Positions 54,734 to 64,000 of a stretch of 64,000 bases of DNA are shown piece after piece (position 1 is the stretch's first letter; the number at the start of each line of letters is the position of its first letter). The stretch spans positions 56,606,001-56,670,000 of the forward strand of contig OX597820.1 of the NCBI GenBank assembly GCA_951406725.2. Direction: 5' to 3'. The notes beneath the pieces are model-generated. The model ran no database searches, was not told the DNA's origin, and worked only from the letters and a program-made list of their open reading frames with translations. The position numbers and the translations under genes were made by a program. The DNA is from Octopus vulgaris. Its lineage: Eukaryota.

Positions 54734-54891
54734 CTTTTTTCTTGTGTACATTCTGTTTCATGAACAGGGAGGAGAGAGACACAGACAGATAAAGAGAAGT
54801 GAGAGAGGAAGAGAGAGAAAAAGAGAGAGCTTGCGAGGGACAGAAACATATACATGCATATGAATACAGGTACACACACACACATATACGT

Positions 54892-54935
<44 letters not shown>

Positions 54936-55447
54936 GCATACACACACACACATGTATATATATACACTTGTACATGTACACACAAACAATCTAACACACA
55001 CATACACGCATATATTTTCGTAAATATTTATTTTTAAAAATTTATCTTTGCAGTCTTTACTATCTTCCACCGAAAGTTATAAAATCCCGGTAGAATAAAA
55101 GGAGAGAAATAACTCTAATAAAGAAATCGGAAAGTCTTTTGATTAAATTGCTTTCTAAATGAAATAAAAAAAAATTTAATATGTATTTATTTGCCTGAGG
55201 TGTGAAAATATTTTCCCCCGGGAATTTTTTCATATTTGGCATCATTAAATTATCTCAAAGATCTCTTGAAGTTGAAATATGTCGAAAGCAAAGGTGTATA
55301 GATTGTTAGGGGAGATAATTCTAGACATTTCATTAATTCTAGACTTAATGTAAATTCTAGATTTAATTGTAGACTTAATATTAATCCAAGAATTAATAAG
55401 TTTAGAATTAATATTAACCCAACAATTAATAATAAGCTTAGAGTTGA

Positions 55448-56443
55448 TATTGGTTTCAAATTTTGGCACAAGGCCAGCAATTTCGGGGGAGGAGCAAAGT
55501 ACTTATTTCATAGACCCCGAAAGGATGAAAGGTAAAGTCAATCTCGGTGGAATTTGAACTCAGACGAAATACCTATTTCTTTACTACCCACAAGGGACTA
55601 AACACAGAGAGGACAAACAAAGACAGACAAACGGATTAAGTCGATTATATCGACCCCAGTGCGTAACTGGTACTTATTTAATCGACCTCGAAAGGATGAA
55701 AGGCAAATCGACCTCGGCCCAATTTGAACTCAGAACGTAGCTGCAGACGAAATACCGCTAAGCATTTCGCCCGACATGCTAACGTTTCTGCCAGCTCGCC
55801 GCCTTAGTGTAGACTTAAAATTCTTTTCTACTCTAGGCACAAGACCCGAAATTTTTGAGGAGGGGGCCAGTCGATTAGATCGACCCCTACTTAAGGATGA
55901 AAGGCAAAGTCGACCTCAGCGGAATTTGAACTCACGTAAAGACAGACAAAATACCTATTTCTTTACTACCCACAAGGGGCTAAACAGAGAGGGGACAAAC
56001 ATGGACAGACAAACGGATTAAGTCGATTATATCGGCACCAGTGCGTAACTGGTATTTAATTTATCGACCCCGAAAGGATGAAAGGCAAAGTCGACCTCGG
56101 CGGAATTTGAACTCAGAACGTAACGGCAGACGAAATACCGCTAAGCATTTCGCCCGGCGTGCTAACGTTTCTGCCAGCTCGCCACCTCAGTGTAGACCTA
56201 ATATTAGAATTTATAAGTTTAAAATTAATATAGGCTTCAAATTTTGGCACAAGGCCTGCAATTTCGGTGGGAGGGGTAAGTCGATTACATCGAATCCAGA
56301 GTCCTCTTGGTGCTGATTGTACTGACCCCGAAAGGATGAAAAGTAAAGTCGACCTCGGCGGAATTTGAAATTAAAGCGTAAAGACTGACGAAATACCGCT
56401 AAGCACTTTGTGTGGCGTGCTAAAGATTCTGCCAGCTCGGCGC
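55448..56443 (-). mobile_element. cluster of five SINE B units (two B2-in-B1 composites plus one monomer)
   Basis: Repeated family B cores. Flanking duplications agtgtagacYtaa (about 55806 and 56189) and aagtttaaaattaatat (about 56215 and 56447). Confidence 0.88.
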
Positions 56444-56468
56444 TTAAAGTTTAAAATTAATATTGAAT

Positions 56469-56680
56469 ACTCTTTTTACTTTCTTTTACTTGTTTCAGTC
56501 ATTTGACTGCGGCCATGCTGGAGCACCGCCTTTAGTCGAGCAAATCAACCCCATGACTTATTCTTTGTAAGCCTAGTACTTATTCTATCGGTCTCTTTTG
56601 CCTAACCGCTAGGTTACGAGGACGTAAACACATCAGCATCGGTTGTCAAGCGATGTTGGGGGACAAATACAGACACATAA

Positions 56681-56746
<66 letters not shown>

Positions 56747-56921
56747 GTATGCATATATATATACGACGGGTTTCTTTCAGATTCCGTCTACCAAATCCAC
56801 TCACAAGGCTTAGGCCGACCCGAAGCTACAGTAGAAGACGCTTGCCCAAGGCATCACGCAGTGGGACTGAACCAGGAACCATGTGGTTGGTAAGCAAGCT
56901 ACTTACCACACAGCCACTCCT
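56469..56921 (-). mobile_element. SINE family A, near full length
   Basis: Same head, internal microsatellite and tail as the other copies. Confidence 0.9.
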
Positions 56922-57892
56922 AGTAATTTTTTTGCATTGTCACACGGCAAAAGATACATAGAAATGATAGACCGGTATTTGATATCATAAAAGACTACGG
57001 ACATGTGATTAGAATGCTGTAGGAAGGAGGCAGAGACCTGGAGATAGACCGTGAACGAGATGGTTATATAACATCCATTTGTCACGCTTGGGCGGTTGCT
57101 TCTGATAGGATCCTACGAAGGAGATGCCGGAGGATTCTATTCCCTCGACTCTCCTAGGTGGGCAGAGAAAATGGGCGGATGAGTAAGACATTTCTTTTTT
57201 TTTATCAAGAAAATGTCTAAGAAGTTCATCCTGGGTCCTATATTCCAAGTTGGGCATGTGTTACATGCTTTAATGCATTAAAAACTTGTTCCCTGAATAT
57301 GTGCAGCTGAAATTGGAATACGTCTAATATGCCTGTTAGGTATTTTATGCCATTAAATACAGTTCTACTTGTTATACTAATTCCAGTTAAAAAAAAATAT
57401 CGACAGTGGTTGGATTTTAACTTAGAACATAAAACAATATTACTAAAGCACTAAATTAGCTTTCACACATCTTCTGTTTGTATGCAAGCGGTTTAAAATA
57501 TAAATTCCGATAATTTTGCATAATTCCTCTTCATCGTTTGATCCTATGGCAACTTTCAAGAGTCAACACATTTTGCTCCCAGATGACGTATCTACACTCT
57601 TGCATGCACATACATACATACATACATACATATATACATACATACATACATACGTACGTACGTACATACATACATACATACATACATACATACATACATA
57701 CATACATACGTACGTACATACATACATACACACACACAACATACATATATGTATACTCTCACACAAGTACACGCACACATATATATATCCATATATATGT
57801 GAGTCGGTATATATCTCCATCAAATATTGGAGTTATGGATTTTGTTCATATTTTGAGATTTAGCTTGCTATGTTTATAAATTATTGTATGAC

Positions 57893-58006
57893 AGTTCCGG
57901 GTACAGTTCCACTACGTGACACCTTGGGCAAGTGTCCTCCACCACAGCCTCGGGCTGACCAAAGCCTTGTGTATGGATTTGGTAGACGGGAATATAGAAG
58001 CCCGTC

Positions 58007-58010
<4 letters not shown>
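57893..58010 (+). mobile_element. SINE family A 5' fragment
   Basis: gttccgggtacagttccactacgtgacaccttgggcaagtgtc...gaagcccgtcg-(TA)n. Confidence 0.75.
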
Positions 58011-58056
<46 letters not shown>

Positions 58057-58143
58057 AAAAGTAAAAAACTATATAAATATATATTTGAGTCATATGTCTG
58101 AAAGAATGTTATAAATTTTTTTCATACAATGACATAGTTTACG

Positions 58144-58178
<35 letters not shown>

Positions 58179-58194
58179 ATACATATATATATAT

Positions 58195-59810
58195 AGTATA
58201 TGAAAGAATGGAGTTGAACGATATTAAATATCCTTTCGAAGGCTGCATATTCCTAATTCCGAAGGAATAAGGAGTACATTATGCAGATTTCTCATCAGGA
58301 AAATCAAGGAACTTATGTCGACATCAAAATGCACAAAAAACTTTAGCTGACCGCTCTCAAGGAGCCCATGGCGATAATGAATGTCTCTTTATAAGGAGTG
58401 ACGTCAGAGTGGCTGAATGTAGAAGAATCTAGAAGGTTCTAAAGGTTCAAGGGTTCAAACGAAGTAGGAGGAGGGAGGCATAAGAATAGTAAGGTGAGAG
58501 AGTGCAGGTCAAAAGAATGGTGGGTTTAAATGATTTCTTTTATGAATGAGTGCCTGTGTGTGTGACTGTATATAACTGTCTTAATGTGTGTATGTGTGTG
58601 TCTGAATGCGTGATTGTGTTTGTGGATGGGTAGATGTCAGAAAACTGACAGCTGTGAGGTGAGAGGTCTGTGTCTGTGTGTTCGATTATGTTTACTGTAG
58701 AGAAAGGAAAGTAGATAGCGAAAGGGAGAAAGAATCGGGCGAGGTGAGAGGCAACGCAAGAATGGACAGTAGTAATTGGGAATATAATAAAATCTTTTTG
58801 ACTATTGGGGTGAAATATAGCAAAAATTGTTTTGGAAATCGAGGGGTTATCTATATTAGTCACTATTTATATGAGTGAAAGGTGTGTCTTTTCCAGTGTA
58901 AACACCTGTAGGATATTTCGACGATTGTATTTATTAAAGGGACTTTAGCGAACAAAATATGAAAAAGTTCGGAATTACAGATGCCACAAAATTTTCTGCC
59001 TTTATCAAACGGGAAGGACACCGACAAAATGGACCATTCGAGCTTGAACGTAGTGTTATTGTTCTTCAGACGCCAGACTAATTTGCTTAGCCCCGTGCTG
59101 TGTTGCTTTCTCTTATCTCTGAAAGTGGAATAATGGTTGGAGATCCTTTGGGCTAATTTAGAAGAGGTTGCGCCAATGTAGAAGTAGACATCGGTTCCAG
59201 AAGAGATTTTGCATTGGTAAGTAGTATTTCTAATTTTGGAATTTTTGGATAAGAACTTTAATCTGTTGGGGTTGGTTTCCGATACTAAGACAGAGTTTTT
59301 ATTGTTGTGATAGGTGTAAAAATTGTTGCTGGCTTTGGCTACGATACTATTCATCTTATTATCATTACTATTAGTTGTGATATCGTCGGCAAATTCCCTG
59401 GTTATAGGAATGCTGCGATTGTTATCATCAATAATATAACTGTTATTAAGAATGCTGGTACTATTACCACTAACACCACCACTGTTAATAATCTGGCTAA
59501 TGTTATTATCATTATTACTATTGCTAACGCTAATGCTGCTATGAATGTTGCTAATATCCATACTACTTCTATTATTATTATTATTGTATGTTACGTTGGA
59601 ATGGGTAAGGGCGGTGTCGCTACTCATGGGTGATGAGACCCTATTTAGCAGATTATTATTGTGGGAAGCTATTATCTGCGAAAGAATTTTAGTATTTGAG
59701 AATGATATTCTTACTTTATGCGAATTTATAGTGGAGTAGTATCTAGAATTCCTAGGAAAATTCTTAGCAACGGCTTCACGGAATTGTAAAGGGAGATTAG
59801 ACCTGATTTG
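58195..59810 (-). mobile_element. Penelope-like element, 5'-truncated, GIY-YIG with Asn-rich linker
   Basis: ORF 58863-59627: TYQCKI...FYIGAT...RISNHYSTF...STGLSKLVW.LK...LEWSIL...CGICNSE. The frame extends upstream (NFPRNSRYYSTINSHKVRISFSNT). Confidence 0.9.
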
Positions 59811-59931
59811 TCTCCCACCATTCTTTTGACCTGCACTCTCTCACCTTACTATTCTTATGCCTCCCTCCTCCTACTTCGTTTGAACCCTTGAACCTTTAGA
59901 ACCTTCTAGATTCTTCTACATTCAGCCACTC

Positions 59932-59952
59932 TGACGTCACTCCTTATAAAAA
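59932..59952 (+). promoter_or_regulatory. candidate pLTR promoter (CRE-like TGACGTCA plus TATAAAA)
   Basis: tgacgtca-ctcct-tataaaa about 85 nt upstream of the hammerhead; motif match only. Confidence 0.35.
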
Positions 59953-60035
59953 GACTCTCATTATCGCCATGGGCTCCTTGAGAGCGGTCAGCTAAAAGTT
60001 TTTTGTGCATTTTGATGTCGACATAAGTTCCTTGA

Positions 60036-60118
60036 TTTTCCTGATGAGAAATCTGCATAATGTACTCCTTATTCCTTCGGAATTAGGAATATGCAGCCTT
60101 CGAAACATATGTCGAGAA
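60036..60118 (+). ncRNA. type I hammerhead ribozyme motif with extended stem II
   Basis: ttttc-CTGATGA-gaa atctgcata...tatgcag ccttc-GAAA-catatg-TC-gagaa: GUC triplet and palindromic stem III. Confidence 0.85.
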
Positions 60119-60616
60119 TAAAGGATATTTGTTAACTAGTCGTTCAACTCCATTCTTTCATATACTTATCATTTTAAAATAAACATACAAATTTCCGCAC
60201 GAAGACACGTAGTCTATGCCCTAGGGACGTAGCTTCAACCGTGTTCTTTCTGATGTGAATTTGCTACCCAGGTATCGGTTATCTTTCGAATTATCCTTAA
60301 TAAGATAATTCATTCAACTACTCGAATATATATATATATATATATTCTCTCTAGTTTCAGCTCAGCGCTGTGGCCGTGCTGATGCACCGCCGTTCAATTT
60401 TATCCTTTACTTGGAGGGTTCCAAAGGGGCGATTTCTAACAAAGATTCTTCTTATTTCATTGGTAGCTTACTAGCGTAAGATTTTTGCGAAGATGAAATT
60501 ATTACATGTATATGGTATGTAATGAGAATTTATGGAAAGGTATCCCATTGAAACTCAATAAACTGTTAAAGATGGAGAAGAGAAGATGGTAATATTAAAA
60601 AAAGAATTTTAATACA

Positions 60617-60723
60617 TGCATACGATCGTTTCGAACAGCAATATTATCATATAAATAACATAGTAGAATAATTAGAAATTAATTAAATTAAATTAAATTC
60701 ATATTACTGTTCTCCTCAGTGCA
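60617..60723 (-). ncRNA. type I hammerhead ribozyme motif with 12-bp stem II and AT-rich insert
   Basis: tgca-CTGAGGA-gaacagtaatat...atattgctgttc-GAAA-cgatcg-TA-tgca. Confidence 0.85.
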
Positions 60724-60879
60724 AAAAAAGAATGCATTAAAGAATTATCATTATTGTTACATAAGACTTGATGGAGGAAGTAGCAAATAACATTCGGATA
60801 TACATATTTTATCCATATGAAAGATCAAGAGCATACTAACAAAAAATGTTGTTGAGTCTAGGTGTGAAAAATCTCCACA

Positions 60880-61055
60880 CATACACAGACACACATACAC
60901 ACGATAGGCTTGTTTCAGTTTCCGTCAACCAAATACACTCACACGGCTTTGGCCGACTCGTGGCTTTAGTAGAAGACACTTGTTTAAGGTATCACGCAGT
61001 GGGACTGAACCAGAACCATGCGGCTGAGAAGCAAACTTCTTAACCTCACAGCCAC
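60880..61055 (-). mobile_element. SINE family A 5' half, decayed
   Basis: tttcagtttccgtc...cacgcagtgggactgaacc...cacagccacacc. Confidence 0.7.
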
Positions 61056-61397
61056 ACCAGCACCAAAATATACAGAAAAGAAAAGTATTACCTGTGATAA
61101 TTAATTCTTTTGACATTTCAGCGTATTAGTTGCAGCAACAGAGACTGTGACAATGAGCGTTTTACAAATAACCTTTCGAAATGAGAGGTTCTAACGCCGG
61201 ATGAAATGCTGTGCAGTGTTTGTTCCGGCTCTTTATTTTCTGAGTTCACACCTCACCAAAATCAATTTTTGCCTTTCATCCATTCGTAATCGATAAATAA
61301 AATACAATTGAAGAACTGGGAACGATGTAATCAAATAAACGCAGCCACGAAAATTTTTCAAGTATGTTAGAAACAATTATTTACCGTGATGATAGTC

Positions 61398-61626
61398 CTG
61401 ATGGAACAGATACACAAATGCATACATGCATACATACATATATACATACATACATACATACATACATACATACATACATACATACATACATACATACATA
61501 CATCCATACATACATACGTATATACATACATACGTACGTACATTCATACATACGTACGTACATACATACATACATGCATGCATACATACGTACATACATA
61601 CACATACAGACATACACATACATTGA

Positions 61627-61670
<44 letters not shown>

Positions 61671-61674
61671 TATA

Positions 61675-61749
<75 letters not shown>

Positions 61750-61832
61750 TATCTATCTATCTAATCTATCTATCGATTTACCTGTCTCTCTCTCTCTATC
61801 TACCAATGCATGTCTCTCTCTCTATTTACCCC

Positions 61833-61866
<34 letters not shown>

Positions 61867-62632
61867 GCATTTCTCACTCTCTCATCTATCGATATCTATT
61901 TATTTACTCCGCCTCTCTATATATATATGTATTTTTCTATGTATGTATGCATGTATGTATGTATGTCTGTCTGTCTGTATGAATGTATGTATGTATCTAT
62001 CTATCTGTCTATATGCCTCTCCTTCTATCTACCTGTCTATCTCTCTACGTACCGCCTCTCCCTCCCTCTCTCTCTCTCTCTCCCCCTCTCTCTATTTATC
62101 CATATTTGTGATTGCATAGACCAAAACATCTACTTTTTCTTATTCGGCGGTGTATGATTTGATAAAGATTTCGCTGCTGTTTGTTGCAAGGCAAGGGACC
62201 ACACAGAGCTTGGTTCACTCGTTGGCTCGAATAAAAATCAATATGTTTCGTACATGTATTAAATACAATTAGAAACCTATCTCGTTTATCTATGCCAAAG
62301 TAAGTTGAAAAAATAGAAAAGCAAACCTTTGCATCTATGAAACCACCTTGAATATATTTATGTGTCTATACACGCACGCACACACAGGCATACACATGCA
62401 CACACACTCGTATACATACTATTATACATACATATCCATACACTACACAAATTAAAATAGATAAGGATGTATGTGCGCGCGTATGTATGTATATAATATA
62501 AATGTATTATGATTTCACGTGTTATATTATTTAGATATATATCTGTATATGTATATATATATGCGTGTGTGTGTGTATGTATATATATGGGTATGTGTGT
62601 GTTTGTGTGTATATATATATATGTATATATAT

Positions 62633-62689
<57 letters not shown>

Positions 62690-62853
62690 CACACACATAT
62701 ATATATGTATATACGTACATACATATAGAAACATAACGTATATATATACACACATATACACACACATACACACATATACATGAAATGGAAAAAAGAGAAC
62801 ACCAGCGGTAGTGTTTGTGTTTGAGTGAGTGTGTGCGTGCGTGTATGCATGCA

Positions 62854-62902
<49 letters not shown>

Positions 62903-63190
62903 ATACTAAGATTTAAGATTTCACATCTTTATTACTCAAGTTTCATAGCAGCCAGCGGCAATGCTTAAATGAAATGTGAGTTGTTAAAAAGATTGCTACA
63001 GGCTGATATAAAACTCAAATAATGAAGCTATGAATTTTTAAATCTTGACATCTTTTAACAAGCGCGCGCGCAAAGCAAACATTTGCAAACATGTAAGCTA
63101 TATATACCATCGGTCTCCCACAAAGAGACATAGACAGGTAAGTGTATACACACACACACACACATACACACACACACATACATACATACA

Positions 63191-63221
<31 letters not shown>

Positions 63222-63317
63222 GAACACACGCACTTACATATGTATAGACATATATTTCTGTATATGTATGTATATAAATGCATATATCTGTACATCTACG
63301 TAAACACAGTCACACGC

Positions 63318-63378
<61 letters not shown>

Positions 63379-63489
63379 ACACACGGATTTATACGTACTA
63401 TGTACTCCGTTGAACTCTCTAGTGCGAAACCGATTGGCAAGATCGGATACATAATACTGTACACTTCGATTGATGTATGTGTGTGTATG

Positions 63490-63551
<62 letters not shown>

Positions 63552-63719
63552 CTGGTCCACCAATTCATCGTCACTGAGTTTAAATCCACAGACTATTCTT
63601 CTTTAGTCTTAAGGTAATTCTCATTGAAAATCTGCGTTACACTGTATGTGTATGATCATTTAAATAATGTTACCACCCAGTCGGAGATCTACTCAATTTT
63701 ACTCACGGGCGCACAAAAC

Positions 63720-63791
<72 letters not shown>

Positions 63792-63817
63792 GTACACACA
63801 CACTGTAAAGTCATTGT

Positions 63818-63875
<58 letters not shown>
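61398..63875. repeat. microsatellite-dense block: (TACA)n, (TATC)n, (CT)n, (TA)n, (TG)n
   Basis: Read directly. Confidence 0.9.
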
Positions 63876-63880
<5 letters not shown>

Positions 63881-63899
63881 ACAATAGTTTAATAAGAAA

Positions 63900-64000
63900 T
63901 TATTATTACCAGTGGTCTAGTACAAAAACGAATTAGTCATTAGACTATATATTAGTCTAATGACTAATTTGTTTTTGTGCTAGGCCACTGGTAATAATAA
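63900..64000. repeat. near-perfect palindrome (48-bp arms, 5-nt loop), possibly continuing past the window end
   Basis: ttattattaccagtggtctagtacaaaaacgaattagtcattagacta-tatat-tagtctaatgactaatttgtttttgtgctaggccactggtaataataa. Confidence 0.92.

Larger units (their letters stand above)
59814..60265 (+). mobile_element. inverted pLTR copy of the 58195-59810 element
   Basis: 59814-60166 is the near-exact reverse complement of 58195-58524. Confidence 0.92.

Noticed and set aside
55448-56443. CRISPR-like regularly recurring repeats
   Set aside because: These are tandem or nested SINE copies in eukaryotic DNA, with no fixed repeat-spacer periodicity and no cas genes.

Overview
AT-rich eukaryotic DNA saturated with microsatellites, from an intergenic or intronic region. 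The SINE, microsatellite and Penelope content looks like an octopod cephalopod genome (inference from repeat style, not proven). I see no intact host gene, and nearly all ORFs in the track are translated microsatellites. The contents are: (i) many tRNA-derived SINEs of at least four modular families; (ii) decayed DNA transposons (mariner 32594-33802, IR/DR-type Tc1 34160-35772, Buster-type hAT 43469-46170); (iii) non-LTR fragments (CR1/L2-like, two R4/Dong-like pieces flanking a (TAA)n tract, a possible RTE piece); (iv) several Penelope-like elements (PLEs) with inverted terminal copies. The most striking signal is a dense set of type I hammerhead ribozyme motifs (CUGANGA...GAAA...UH with short, mostly palindromic stem III) from about six unrelated sequence families. 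Most lie in PLE termini, but one sits inside a 211-bp non-coding element bounded by 25-bp terminal inverted repeats (15156-15366). Also notable are a three-layer nest (SINE in hAT in an inverted PLE duplication), a SINE-LINE shared 3' tail, apparent site-specific SINE-into-SINE insertion, a possible decayed GPCR relic, and a 48-bp hairpin at the window end. Family names A-D are my own labels, and all alignments and folds were done by eye.
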